A stretch of 58,966 nt of DNA, the filler included, from Sphacelaria rigidula (lineage: Eukaryota), in NCBI GenBank assembly GCA_964200075.2. It is 9 parts of 9 records of this genome, joined end to end, with 100 filler letters (N's around TTAATTAATTAA, not from the genome) between each part and the next. Parts side by side here need not be neighbours in the genome. Positions count along the whole stretch, not along the records: positions 32,816 to 39,278 come from CAXNAA020019925.1; positions 39,379 to 45,841 come from CAXNAA020019926.1; positions 45,942 to 52,404 come from CAXNAA020019927.1; 6 more parts are not named here. One strand, 5' to 3'. A program made the translations under genes and the position numbers. Of this stretch, positions 36,121 to 48,769 are shown piece by piece (within the stretch, counting starts at the first letter, position 1; the number at the start of each line of letters is the position of its first letter). Below the pieces are notes generated by a model that had not been told where the DNA came from, did no database searches, and saw nothing but the letters and a program-made list of their open reading frames with translations.

Positions 36121-37066
36121 CAAAGGTTTTTGGCCTCCGGTGTGCGAGTAGTGTTTCACCACTCGATCGTCGATTATTTTGGTTGAATTTTGTTCCTTGA
36201 TTCGAGTGTGAACATTGATATCTGGATCTTCTGTGGGACTGACAACCCTAATTGCTCCTAGCGTGCGCAGAACGCGTCTTTGTCAAAATCGGCGCCTGCC
36301 TCGCCGGATTGAGGTCTGTCAACGCCGCTGGGGGGGTCAGTTGAAGTGCGACAATCAATCAATCGATGAATCAATCGGCGCCACACACTTTGCCTAGGGA
36401 ACAGTTTGCGCCCCCCCTCTTCCGAGAGGGTTCACGGTACGCCTTGGGTTGGGGTTAGCGTTAGTGTCAGATTAGTTTGAAATAATATATTTTTCCCGAG
36501 AAATTTCTTGAGGGAGTGAATCGACCAAGTGCCGAGTGAACACACCTCGAAGAACCCTCTTACTGATATTATTTTTGTGTGAGGCTTGACTTATTGTATC
36601 CTTTGTGGACCACCAACAGCCACTGTATTGGTTTTGGGGTAAGGGTTATTATCCAGGCATCATTGATTTGTTCTGAGGCTCTGTTATTTTTTCTAAGTTT
36701 AAGGCTCAATCAAGTTCCGAATCGCTGGTTTTTCAAATGATAGCGCTACCTGTACGCCATGTCTGTAGTGTACAGATGGTGGGATCCTTCTTCCCCCTCC
36801 CCCGTCTATAGCGTAAGTACTTGATCACCGGTTAGTGCGACAGTATTTTTGTGACTTGGTTATCTGATGTTCGAGTGAAGGGCCGCTCTTCACGAACGAA
36901 GTGTTTTTTTCTCGTTTCGCCTTGTTCATTTTTTTGCGTAAAAAAGTGAAGGTGCAGTAACTTAACTTCTCCCTGCCTTCTCTTCTCTGTCTTTGTCTCT
37001 CTCTCTCTCTGGTGATGATGATGATGATGATGATGTATAATCTCTTTGTCACATACGCGCACACAG

Positions 37067-37245
37067 TTGTTGAGGTTTGGGATCGACCATGTCATCTGCC
37101 ACGACGAGTTGAAGATGGCGATGCTTGCATGTGGTACTCTATGCCCCGCCTTCCTACCCTTCGTGATCAATGCTATGCGGAGCACGAGTTCGGACGCTGC
37201 GGACCCACGCAGTCCCACGGACCCACGCAGTTCCGTGGACCGACG
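37067..37245 (+). CDS. Slo/BK-type channel exon
   Basis: ACAG|LLRFGIDHVICHDELKMAMLACGTLCPAFLPFVINAMRS...|GTGAGC, cf. Slo [30 protein letters not shown]. Confidence 0.88.
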
Positions 37246-38098
37246 GTGAGCTAAGTAGGGGGGAGAAATTGATCGCGCTATCGTTCCCTGACTGTATCTT
37301 TTTTGTATACTTCCCCTGTCCCCATGAGTCTTCGTTATGTTTGTACGGGCCGTCACAATCGTATCAAATGAGATTTTTTGTTCTTGGTTGCATCATTTTT
37401 CGCCTTTTCTTCCCCACAGTTGACGCTTGACCCATGCAGCCGAATGGTTTGCAAAGAAAACAGTCTGACCGAAAAAGGCCGTATCTTCGCCTCCTCTCCG
37501 CGGGCGAAAAAGAAGAAAACAGGAGAGCTGAATAGTCTTTTTTTCAGCTGGCGCATTATACAGTGGCTATAGCTACAGTACGTCTAGTCCTCACCCGCTG
37601 CTTGGGTCACGTTATCACTTCCGTCCAGCATGAAAATGGCTGACACGGGATTCGAAATGGCAAAAATTGGGTCATTACTGACCCGAAATGGATGTATACA
37701 TCACAAAACACATGTATACATTACGGTTCTATTCATTTTCTTCCTCATACGGGCATCTCCGTAACTCGAGGGTTGTGATTTTGTGAGGTATACCAGCTCA
37801 AATTGGGGTATACAGTCAATGACATTCGGGACCATACTGGAGCGTTGGTAACAGGGCTCGACATTCGACACTCGCCGAACCATGCGGGAGTGTTCGGCTG
37901 ACAAATTGATATGGCATAGTATGCCAACCAAGAAAAGTGCTGTCTCAACTCTACTCTTGTCACATGTCAGATGCGTCATCATCCAATTCTTGTGTCATCT
38001 CGGAGGGGACATTTGATGACTGTAACGACGTCATTGGATGATGACAACTGTACTACGTGAACATGTATCTCTTCATGTATGTACGTCATGTCACACAG

Positions 38099-38263
38099 CT
38101 CGACGGATAAGGCGCAAGCTCCGAAGACAAATCAAGTGGTGCTGTACGACGAGCAAGAGACGAATTGGTTGGACGACTACAAGCAAGGCATGGGGTATGA
38201 AATATATTCGATGCCCCTGCAACTGACGCCGTCGTCTGCGCTGTATGGGAAGAACTTCAAAGA
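38099..38263 (+). CDS. Slo/BK-type channel exon
   Basis: ACAG|..NWLDDYKQGMGYEIYSMPL..LYGKNFK|GTGAGT, cf. Slo WQKYYLEGVSNEMY..FVGLSF. Phase matches the previous exon. Confidence 0.88.
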
Positions 38264-38545
38264 GTGAGTCGCATGGCAACGCGCACCCCTGCGTGTGCTT
38301 GTGTACGTGGGAAAGTGTGTAATTTCGTTCATGTTCTTTCGATTGTGAACCCGATAATTGGGGGGCCTTGTGTTACGCGTGACACTTGTTATTCTCCACC
38401 AGACCGCAGCTGTACTGCGGTATTTTGGGGGGAAAGTGATTGTCTTGGCGTCTCCTGCGGGCTGTGAGAAATCCGTATTTGGCCCGGAGACTTCGTGAAA
38501 ATCCGAATTTTGCCGAAAAGTAACATATTTGTGTGTGTGTATTGT

Positions 38546-38755
38546 GTGTTGTCATCCCATCTATGCTGGACGCCAGTCTACACCTCTCGGTATGTGTAGG
38601 TACATCAGCCAGGGTCACACAGGAGTTTATTTTCCGTTTGTATTTTGTTCTAGTTATCCACCTTCCTTCTGCGGTGCTCACCTTATTTTTTTTATCGCGA
38701 GAGGGGTTCAACGATCCCTTGTCCTCGTCGACCGTGTAGTCGAATTCTGCGTACG
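38546..38755 (-). mobile_element. tRNA-SINE family, 5'-truncated copy
   Basis: Aligns with ~50511-50740 (GTGTTGTCATCCCATCTAT...GGGTCACACAGGAG...TTTTATCGCGAGA...TCGTCGACCGT). Confidence 0.85.
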
Positions 38756-39537
38756 AGGTGGGCCAGCAGTAAATCCCACATGTGTGTCACACCAACCACA
38801 ACTTGTCAAATTTACCAAAGCAGCCCGACTTGAGCATATCGCTGTGAACTGTAAAGCAGCCCGGTAGCGCACGGCACCGCCGCTGGTCGATTGGCGCGGT
38901 TTTGGGATGGTGTTGTTGTACTGCATTGAGTACCGGGTAGGTCTCGTATCATCGCGGGATAGCGTGTCTGGAGACGGTTGTTTCACGGAATGCGGTGGAA
39001 TTGACAGTCGCGCCCCTCAGGCACGGAAACCCGATATGCGCAGGCAAAAGCACACTGGTAGTACTGCGAGATGGTATCGAGCTCGTCGACAGCTTGATCA
39101 TGGGAGAGGACCTTCGAGTGGACTGTCATACATCACCGTAAGAGGATGAAGTACTACTGTACTTGAAACTGCGCTGCTCTACCCCCCCCCCCAAAAAAAA
39201 AAAAAAAGAAGGACCGCCACCAAAAAATAGAGAAACCTTGCAACCCGGGGGGAAGCAAAAAATATTAAAAAAACGGAANNNNNNNNNNNNNNNNNNNNNN
39301 NNNNNNNNNNNNNNNNNNNNNNTTAATTAATTAANNNNNNNNNNNNNNNNNNNNNNNNNNNNNNNNNNNNNNNNNNNNGGTCAATGGTCAGGCGACAAAG
39401 GCAAGCAACACATGAGAACGCCCTCCTCCCGCCCCCCCCCGCTCCCCCCTGGTGACCTGTTCGGTTTTGTACATGGTGGTGATGATGATGATGATGATGA
39501 CACATATGGACACATTTGGACACATTTGGACACACAG

Positions 39538-39702
39538 CACAAGCGGCGAGCGCTCAGAAAGCACGAAGCCCGCTTCGCCTGCGCGAAGAACTGCTCAAAT
39601 ATGTACGAGCCCCGAAGGACGGAGACAAGGACAGCGCAGACTGGACGGCTTCTCGTCAAGGCACCCGACTTATAAAGGGGACGCTGTTGCCGCAGTTGGC
39701 CG
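39538..39702 (+). CDS. Clu/CLUH-domain-like protein exon
   Basis: ACAG|..LRLREELLKY..SRQGTRLIKGTLLPQLA|GTAAGA, cf. Clu-like RLRPELV and ATxxLxxxxIPxLA. Confidence 0.65.
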
Positions 39703-41140
39703 GTAAGAGATATGCCTGAGGCGAAAGAGAGGCGGTCGAAGGAAAATGACACAGAAGTGCGCGGGATGAGCTGAAGGAGGGAGGGGGGGGGGGAGGCAAA
39801 TAGCTCAGTATACAGGCCCTTTCCTTCCTCGGAATGAGTCCGTGGTGTCAAGGGGTCGAACCCTAGGCTTTTGCCTCTTCTGCATTTTTTTCCAAACTAT
39901 AATATGCGTTTTGTTCAAAAGGGGGTCATTTTGAAGCGGGAACCCCGCCGAGGCGTTACAATCACTTGATTTTAGTGTGCAAGACCGGAAAACAAAAACG
40001 CACCATTTGTGCGAATAATTCGAAACCATGAGAAGCAAAAGCCTATTAAACCCCGTCACCTCTCTCTCTCTCACCCGGCACCCGCCTTGCACCTTGCATT
40101 TTGATGACATTTTGATGACGCGGGATGGATCAGCGCTGCCGCATCTCGTCGGATCTCGTCGAGTTCAGTTGAATGTTACTCGCTACTCATGCCCTAATGT
40201 TTTCACCGACGTAAACCGGATAGCTTCTGGGAAACAAAGAAATTCATCTGTGGAGATTGTTAAAGTCGTCCTTCGTTAGGAAATCGCGTACGTAGTGCAA
40301 TCGTTCTCTCAAGAACATATTTCAACAGATATGGCATTTTCTTCGAGTAACTTTGGCGACACTGCTGAGAAAAGAGAGGGGAAGGTCAACGGGGCCACAA
40401 AAATGACTGAGGAACCATGAGATATCTTCAGTAGAGTACAGCCAGTAGTGTACCTTTTGCTGTCGAGCGTATCGTAGGTGCGAAACGGCAACCCTTTGGC
40501 ATGGAGCCGTGGCTACCATCAGCACGGTACGTACGTGTGGCATTTTGTTCGACAGGTTACGTTTTGCCTACACACGTAGTTGGGGACATGTCGCTACCTA
40601 CTGCCTGCTCCTCCTCACGTTGTTGTACCGGTCTGTCCCGTAATGGCGCTGTCTCGCACGGGAATGCTGACTCCTCCTTTGCTTGGCAGCGCGCGTGGCG
40701 AGTGATGCCGTCTGCTCGGGTGGGACGGCCCTCAGCGCCCAGGTGGACGACCGAGCTCTGCCGCTGTTTTTGTTCGAGGGTGGTCATCTCTGTGCTGCTA
40801 TGCACGGGGCGGGAATAAACCTGCGGTATTTGCCGACGGTGAGGGAAATCTAGACAGGAAAAATAATGGATAATATTCATTCTATTCATAATAATCATCA
40901 TGAAATGATGAAAATGATGATGATGAATGGTAGGAACGTTTCTTACTCTTTATATTTCCCATTCATATATAAAATAATATGGCTGGAAAATGGAAGATGC
41001 GGCTAGAAATCTCGACTCTTTCTTACGATTCCACATTTTTTCTTCGGGGGGTTCGAGAGGGGGGGAGGGGTAAACAAAAGAGCGGGGGGGGGGGTACCAA
41101 AAGAACGATCAGCGGGATTCAAAGCGATGTGCACGGCAAG

Positions 41141-41241
41141 GCGGGGTACAAAGGCTTGAAGACTTCACCGTGCCAAGCTTGTTGTGTGGGTCTAAGAAGA
41201 CGTGCAGCATAGACCTTCCCCGATGGCTGCTGGCTCAGCTC
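41141..41241 (+). CDS. Clu-domain-like protein exon (tentative)
   Basis: Phase-1 join gives LAGGVQRLEDFTVPSLLC..IDLPDGCWLS, cf. PxDGxxL. The donor is uncertain and the expected LHxxGxNxRxLG segment was not located. Confidence 0.4.
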
Positions 41242-41930
41242 GTACCGTGTGCAAACCGACGTCTTCATTTTACGCTATGTGAAGATACAGTCAGTGTACT
41301 GTTTAGTACTGTCTGTACTGCACTTTCTTTACATCGTTTTTAGTGCAGCCGTCGTACACCACTGTGCACAAACTGACATGTGCATCTACTGTACTGTTAT
41401 ATGCGGCAGTAGAGAGTAACATATGTGCGGACACAAGTTGCCAAAACATGTAGTTCTGGACGCGTTTCACGTATCATTGGGGTATGTTATGCTCAGGCAT
41501 CAAATGTTTGATGTTTTTGAATATTTGGATAATGACTGACAGGAACGATGTGTTATTAAAGTGTGTGTGTGGGGGGGCGGGCTTTATAATATATTTTCCC
41601 GTTTAGCATCATTGTTGCTACTGATGTGTTTCAAATTGTTATTCTCATTGTGTCGAATGCACTGCTTGTCATGTTGTGTTTTCGCCTCTTTTGTTCGGCA
41701 CAGGCACATGGCCACCCCTAAAACACCAATCAATCATCCCCCTAACATCCTACCATAGTGGTTATTTTCCCCACTGGCAACGTTCCTTCAGAACAGCCTG
41801 TCGATGTTTTATACAACACGGCGAAAAATACCTGCCCCCCCTCCCTGCCCCCTCCCCGCCGCCGCCCCACCCCGCTCCGCTGAAGCTCGACACCGGGCCA
41901 AAATGAACCTCCAAATTATGTATGTGGTTG

Positions 41931-42135
41931 TGTGTTGCCACCCCATCTATTCCGAACGGCAGTCCACACCTTTCGGTGTATGTCGGCACATCAGCCGAGG
42001 TCACAGAACTTTTACTTTTTATTTGTATTAGCACTCCACATTCCTTCTGCTGTGCTTGCCTACCTTTTTATCGCGAGAAGGGGTTCAGCGATTCCTTTCC
42101 ATCGTCGACCGTGAACTCGTTTTTTCTTTGCGCTA
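41931..42135 (-). mobile_element. tRNA-SINE family, 5'-truncated copy
   Basis: Aligns with 38546-38755 and ~50511-50740. Confidence 0.8.
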
Positions 42136-42847
42136 CTGAAAATGTGTGAAGGATCAATAACGGCCTTGTTTGAACAATTTCACGGCGGCTCAGAGGTCGG
42201 GGACCATAATATACGCTCAGCATGGAACTGCCGGTTGGGGTAGAGTCAAGTTTATATGCATTTTTTTATTTTTAGCCTGGGGGGACTATCTAATTTCTCA
42301 TCGTTGAAAACGAAAACGTGAGAACGTGATTAGCAAAAGCGATGCGACCAAAGTTGACGCGGTGCGGGAGCATTGGTCCAGTCCGTGATGATACCGAAAT
42401 ATCAGGCACGAAATACATCAGCGGGGAGATGGGTGGATGTACCCCTCCTTGTGACTAAGGACTCATCCGGAGGAAGGGGAGGAGTTGAGAAAGTGTGAGG
42501 AAACAAGAAAAGCGTTTTTCATCAGAGGTGTGTAGCACTAGCATTTGAGTTATAACCCTATCGGAGGTCGGTCAGATAATAATACTATGCCAAAATGAGG
42601 TTTGGAGTACTCGAAGGTCAAGGATGTGTGATGCTGTCAACTTGACCTAGGCGTCCTCAAAACGGTGCTGAGCTCTGCTGCATCCAGTTCGACTCATGCT
42701 GTTGATGAATCCATATTCGAAAAATGTGTCATGATCGATTCAATCGGACGAAGTGCACTATGGTGGAAGGCGTGACGCCGCCTCCTGTAATATCTCTCTG
42801 TTTCTCTGTCTCTGTCTCTGTCTCTCTGTCTCTCTGTCTCTCTGTCT

Positions 42848-42878
<31 letters not shown>

Positions 42879-43003
42879 GCACACGAGAAGAACGCTGGCT
42901 ATAAGAGAAACCGATATTTCATTAAAAGTTTCCAACATTGTATACCCCCTTCATGCGTAACTCCTCCCTATGCACATACTCTCGTGTTACTTGCTGCCTA
43001 CAG

Positions 43004-43153
43004 CTCCGTGGGTGCTTGGGGTGGGAGCACAGCGGAACGCGGCAGCTGATAGCTGCGGAGCTGTTAGCGAGAACGGCGAAGCACGTACTGGCGTGCCGAC
43101 TGCGGCAGACGTGCGTGGGGGACCGCGAAGGGCAAGAGAAGGAAGATGAAGAG
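43004..43153 (+). CDS. Clu-domain-like protein exon
   Basis: TACAG|LRGCLGWEHSGTRQLIAAELLARTAKHVLACRLRQ..EDEE|GTGTGT, cf. CLU central motif ExxARxxKHxL; phase 0-0. Confidence 0.75.
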
Positions 43154-44545
43154 GTGTGTGTCGAAAGACCAGGGGGAAGGGGGGGCATAGGTGTGCACGT
43201 GCCCTTCTTCATTGTGTGGTGGTCCAGTGAGCTTGTGAAGTAGTGTGTGTGTGTGTGTATTCAGTCCTCTCTGTTTTCAACTGAGCACATGTAACACTAT
43301 AATTACCACGGGCTGACTTGAGGGACTTTTCCCACGTGGATTGGTGAGTGCGACGCGACCATGATGAATCGGAATTGCCATCACCATCCACACCATCACC
43401 AAGCAAATCACGCTCTCTCGTTCCCATCCAGACTGTCATCTTGCGAATCATGCTCTCCCATTCCCGTCCAAACAATTACCGCGCAAATGTAGGCATTCCT
43501 GTAATTTCTCGGGACCACCTAATCAAATACGGTGCACATGTATTTCTCCCAATTTCTGTACAATGAAGCAAAATGGTGTCGTGTTTTTGTTGACATGATG
43601 TTACCTCAGACGGCCAGTAGTGAGCGTTGAGCACTTCTTGTTCATATGTCGGGGGGTTCAATCCGCACCAGACCACTTGACATCTTTTCTCTTTCTTGCT
43701 TTTCGTTTGTTTTGTTGTTATGTTGTTGGATGACATGTTTTGTTCTTGGGTAACTTTTTTTTTTTTCTCGAGGACCCTGCGGCTTTTTAGTCGGTGGATT
43801 CACGCGCGCTGGAGCCATCATTAGATTGTGATCTGAATAGCTAATTTTTTTTATTATTAGCTATTAGCAGCGTGTAGATTGCTGTGATATGACGGGTACC
43901 TGGATCTTACTACATTGTCGACATGCTGTCAACGTTGATTTTACATCTTTATAGTTTTCAGAGTCTCCTTCGATTTTCTGTCTGGAAGAGAACGGTGATG
44001 TCTTTCACGGTTCATGGTCGCAGCACAAGTGGTTGATGTTGCTGGGCGTAGCTCTGGATTTACTTCGTATTTCTCCTTTCAGCTGCGAGAGTCTGCTTGT
44101 GTTCAGTAGGCTGCGCTTGCACTTGCGTTTCGAAAAACAATAGGTCCACGTACGATGAATCTTGTTCGGACATTCAGGCATGACTAATAGCCCGGGGTTG
44201 ACACACTGACGAAATACACACAAAAATAGAAAATATCGTACCTTACCGTGGTGGCTGGTTCCCGTAACAGGAAGTACCAGGGCAACCCGTGACTATCCAG
44301 AAATTCCCGTGCATTACCAAGGTATCTGGATACCTTGGTAATCCTCACCACCCTCAAAAAGGCATACCAAAGCGAGCCTTGGATGACCCCTTCTAATGTG
44401 TTGAAGACACAGGTCTTTGACCACCAAGAAGGCCCTCTCCCAGTGCCGAAGAAGATGGTGCGTTTTTCGTATTTTTAATATTCTTGTGTTGTCCGGCCCG
44501 CTCCCTCGCTCCCCCGACCGCCCCGCACCCCTCCCTCCCCCGCAG

Positions 44546-44643
44546 GACGTCTCGATGACGTCATCATCGGTCTTGTCCGAAGAAACTTCCGGAGACCGGT
44601 TCCAATCGGCGTTTCTCACACTAGTTAACGCAGTGCTCTACAG
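44546..44643 (+). CDS. Clu-domain-like protein exon
   Basis: C-rich tract CGCAG|DVSMTSSSVLSEETSGDRFQSAFLTLVNAVLY|GTGAGT, cf. FLNxL motif. Confidence 0.65.
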
Positions 44644-44695
44644 GTGAGTTTTTCTGAGTATGAAGGAAATAAGTGCCGATCTTCGAGGTGGAGAG

Positions 44696-44730
<35 letters not shown>

Positions 44731-44899
44731 CCTTTTTTTTTTTTCTTTTTTTCTTTTCTCTTCACCCCTTTTTTTTTTTCAGGGGGCGCACCNNNNNNNN
44801 NNGCGCACTCATTTGTTGCTTGCCTTATACGCTTGACCATTGACCACGTATTCCTTTCGAGACGGAGCACCGTTCCTACTCCTAATAGAGACACCTTCA

Positions 44900-45841
44900 A
44901 CATTCTGGCGCTCATCACGTTTCTTCCATATATTGCACAAAAAACCCCTACATATCATATCCCTATCCTGTTTCGCCATCTGTGACCACCATCTATCTCC
45001 TTGTATAGCCATCGCTTTCTAGGTGCGAGTCGCTGAGGACCACGACCATTTTTCCGATCTGTGCCTTACCCTTTTCTAGTACTTTGTTTATGTTCGCATC
45101 CCAAAAACAGTTTCTTGAGATCTCTACGCCAAGGCATTATACTGGTCTACGATCAGCAGTTCCTCTTCTCCCCACTTCCACTTGAACTCTACCGGATTTC
45201 TCTCATCTTCGTTACGGACGAGTACCGCGCATTGGTCAACGTTCGCTGTCACTCTCCATTTCCGAGTGTACTCTAGCGCCTTTTCTATCTGTGTCTGTAG
45301 TCCTTCTGGTGTTTCTGAAATCCCCACAAAATCATCCGCGAACATCAAGCCTGGTATCACATCTTTACCCACCTTGACCCTTCGCTTTGTTGCTTCTATT
45401 GCGAACATCAAGTCATCAATAAATACCTTGAATAAAGTGGGTGATAACGTACGTTCTTGTGCAACTCCTTGTAAGATATCAGAATATTTCGATATTTCCC
45501 CGTCTAGCATCATGGCACTTTTGGCGCACTCTGTCACCTTCTTACCAGTCTCCACATCTTTCCTCTGATCCCAGTTTCCCACAGCTTTCTCCACAGCCCA
45601 TTTGTCCATACGGTGTCATCAGCCTTTGCACGTCCAGAAAAAAACAGTACGTTGTCAGCCCGGCATCTTTCCTACCTTGAATAATCTTACCTCGTGTGTA
45701 CACATGGTCTACGCAACTACGATTTGGTCTAAATCCTGCTTGTCACTCGCTGATTTTATCGTCCTTTTCTAGCATCGTTCCTACTCTATCGTTCAGAATC
45801 CTACAGAACATTTTCCCTACCGTGCTCAGTAGCGTCATCCC
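44900..45841 (-). mobile_element. Non-LTR retrotransposon (LINE) reverse transcriptase fragment
   Basis: ITLLSTVGKMF, QAGFRPNRSCVDH, FFLDV, GVAQERTLSPTLFKVFIDDL, GLMFADDFV, KWKWGEEEL. Stops and frameshifts; cut by the contig end. Confidence 0.93.
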
Positions 45842-45941
45842 NNNNNNNNNNNNNNNNNNNNNNNNNNNNNNNNNNNNNNNNNNNNTTAATTAATTAANNN
45901 NNNNNNNNNNNNNNNNNNNNNNNNNNNNNNNNNNNNNNNNN

Positions 45942-46250
45942 GGAATAATTTGACCCCCGGAGTAACCGTTTTATTTTCATTTTTTCGTCAGATTTCCGAG
46001 CCGATGACGGTTACTACGATTCGAAGCATGTGGAGATTGGGTGAAAATTGGGCTTGGAATTCGTAATTTCAATCTCAGAACAATTTGACGGGCGCTGATT
46101 GGTCGGTATACATATCCGTCCTTAGCACCACCACTATGGCCATACACACAAATCCGGCTATATCACGCTCTCCAGCTGTCCATGGCGGTCAGTATGATAT
46201 CATGTATTGCGAAAGGCATTTGCTGATGACACAATTTGGGGTGATAAGCT
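45942..46250. repeat. Dispersed repeat family B copy carrying the empty site
   Basis: GATTTCCGAGC-CGA-TGACGGTTAC here versus GATTCACGAGC-TGA-[MITE]-TGA-TGGCGGTTAC at 13271-13737. Confidence 0.85.
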
Positions 46251-46704
46251 CAGCGTGTAGCACCGGTATATCGTGGGAAGAGAAGCAGGTCATGCTCAGA
46301 ACACGATCCTCAATTGGTGTTATCGGGGGTGATACGGAGTAAGTACGTTGTACATCAGGGGGTGTTATCGACCGTCACTGGTAGAAAATACAGTTTTTCG
46401 GCTCTAGCGCAATGATTATGTAGAAATTTCAAAAACAGAACTTCATGAAAACGATTGGGATTGCTTCAATCGAGCAAAAATGCTCAAGGATCGGAACCTG
46501 GGGCTGGGGAGTCTCAGGACCCCCTAGAATCGGTCAGCCTCTAAGTCGTTCAATAATGAGCGCAGATATTATATCATTTCGGAATGTTGAGGGGATGCCT
46601 AGTATCTTCCGATCCCGAAACTTTGGGATCAAACCCCGGGATGAAGGGTGGCACGCGATAACACTTTAGAATATCTCAGACTACGGAAAAACTTCGAAAA
46701 TCTC

Positions 46705-47310
46705 CTGTTTCAGGTGTCAACTACTGCACTTTTCATCATGTTTCTTACTTTCGTCTTGTACCCACCGCATCCACCTATGGACATCATGTGGTCTTCGTTT
46801 TGTCCTATATCCTTCCATACTTTCTCGACTACGGTATCCCACCTTATCTCAGCCTACCGTTGTATTACTTTCTTCCATACTGCCCCGTCAACCATGGTGA
46901 GCAATCTCTTTCTTCATACGCTCCTTTACGCTATATTGCCATTTCGATTGTGCTCTCAATATTCCATCACTCGTGGTGTTTGATCATCGAAGTACTTTCT
47001 TGGCTGGCTGTCATCTGTATTGTTTCCAGCTGCTTCGCCAACTTCGCGCTCCCTCAACATACTTCTGCATATTCTAGCTTCGTCACAATCATTTTCATCA
47101 GAATACATCTCTTCATCCTATTTCCAGTATCGAGGTGGGGGTCACTTCGGATCACCCCCATCTTGCCTATCTGTGTCTCACCCTTTCTCACTACTTACGC
47201 TGTGGGTGCATCTCAGGAACAGTTTATATGATCTTCATGACTAGGTATGTATACTGGCCTACAATCGGCAGTTCCTCTTCTCCCCACTTCCATCTGAACT
47301 CTACTGGGTG
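46705..47310 (-). mobile_element. LINE 3' fragment, same family as 44900-45841
   Basis: ~47250-47310 matches ~45140-45195 (PVEFxWKWGEEEL) and continues into degenerate post-RT sequence. Confidence 0.85.
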
Positions 47311-47399
47311 TGTGGTCAACTGACGTGTGCTGGTTGACGCCCTTCGGAACATATCACTCGACGGACAACTCAACTCACGTTAACTCGAGTTCGCTCTTT

Positions 47400-47600
47400 T
47401 CCCCATAGCTCACCTGTGAGCTATAGCAACATAGCTCAGCGGTGTATATTCCGCTCAGGTGAATTATATGCAACATAACTCAGCGGTGCATATCCAATGT
47501 GGTGAGTAATGGAACACAACTCAGCGGTGCACATTCTGATCGGGTGAGTTACAGAACATCGTTGAGCGGTGCAAAATCTGACCGGGAGAGTTATACTATA
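47400..47600. repeat. ~42-bp palindromic-unit tandem repeat, block 1
   Basis: CATAACTCAGCGGTGCATATTCTG-C-GGTGAGTTA units. Confidence 0.85.
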
Positions 47601-48769
47601 CAGCATGATCATGAGTACTTCATCAAGTGAACATGATGTCGATTCAGCCGATTACATACTCTTGTCTAAGGGTTAATCCTTAGCGAACGCCGCCTCGGAA
47701 CAGTTTCACAGGCTGATAGTCCAGGGACAACCGGGGGTTTCCAGGGCGCGCGCGGGGGAGGGGGGGGGGGGGGTGGGGGTCTGTTCGCAGAACAGCCGAA
47801 AAGCTCACCAAACCAATCATGTGTGTTCGGAAGTTTTCCACGGAAACTTATAGGCCAGGAACGCCCGGAAACGCCTGGGAGAAGAGGAGTGACCATTCTG
47901 GCCAATCACGGCTATCAGAATGGTGCATTCGTTCCCCTACAGGTGGACGACAGGTAGACCAATTCGCTGTCTAGCCGTGCTCCTCATTTTGATCACGACA
48001 ATTCAACCACAGATGGCATGGGTACAAACAACGTGCTTTTTACTCTGCTCGTGGTCTACAGTATGCCGCCTGCCTGACTCCTCGCGTGCTGCCAGCATAG
48101 CTTCACTCTGTTCTGTGCAGCTTTGTTGTGGAACACCAAGCAGAGATTGCGTTCAGTGGAGAGCGGTGGCACACTGACTGCGTCTTGCTGTTGTATCCAG
48201 CTAAAGACATTCAGCACACATCCTGACTCTGCACGCAATAGACTGCAGGGTCTAAACCGCTCAGGAGTTATCTTCGACTCTTTTCTATGTAATGCCCAAC
48301 ATCCAGATGTTCATGAAGAAGGCGTTTTGCGTAGGGGTAAAACAGCTGTTCTAAACCCCAAATGTAGCATAGTCCATCTCAGTCCACCTGCGGATGGGGG
48401 GCGGTAGATGAACCCTTAGGCCGCGATGCGGGTAGTCCATCTCGATCACGCAATACTTTTTCCAAGCGAAAATGATGCTGATTCAGCAGGTGACCTACCC
48501 GCGCGGTCAAAGGCTTAAGGGTTAAAGGAGAGGGCGACACGGAGCTCACCCGCGTGTTCTGGGTTCTGTACAAAGAGATGACAGATATGTTCCTCCCGTG
48601 TATGGCCGATCATGTATATGTTTTCATCTCTATTATACACCTGCGGCAGTATTTACTAATGCAGAAGTTTCTCACACTCCATGTACCGGCAGAGGTGTGA
48701 CGTGATCACGTGTCTCTAATACACAAGTGACATGCGTTGACCGCTGTTTTCTGCATGTTTCCAGTCGGA

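Noticed and set aside
38868..38936. Next BK exon (FGMVLLYCIEYR, cf. Slo LLxAIEY)
   Set aside because: The only acceptor I found (TAG at 38865-38867) is phase 0, while the upstream donor is phase 2. Unresolved, so not called.
40557..40820. Exon-like open frames on both strands inside the Clu-like gene intron
   Set aside because: No recognisable homology and no unambiguous splice partner.
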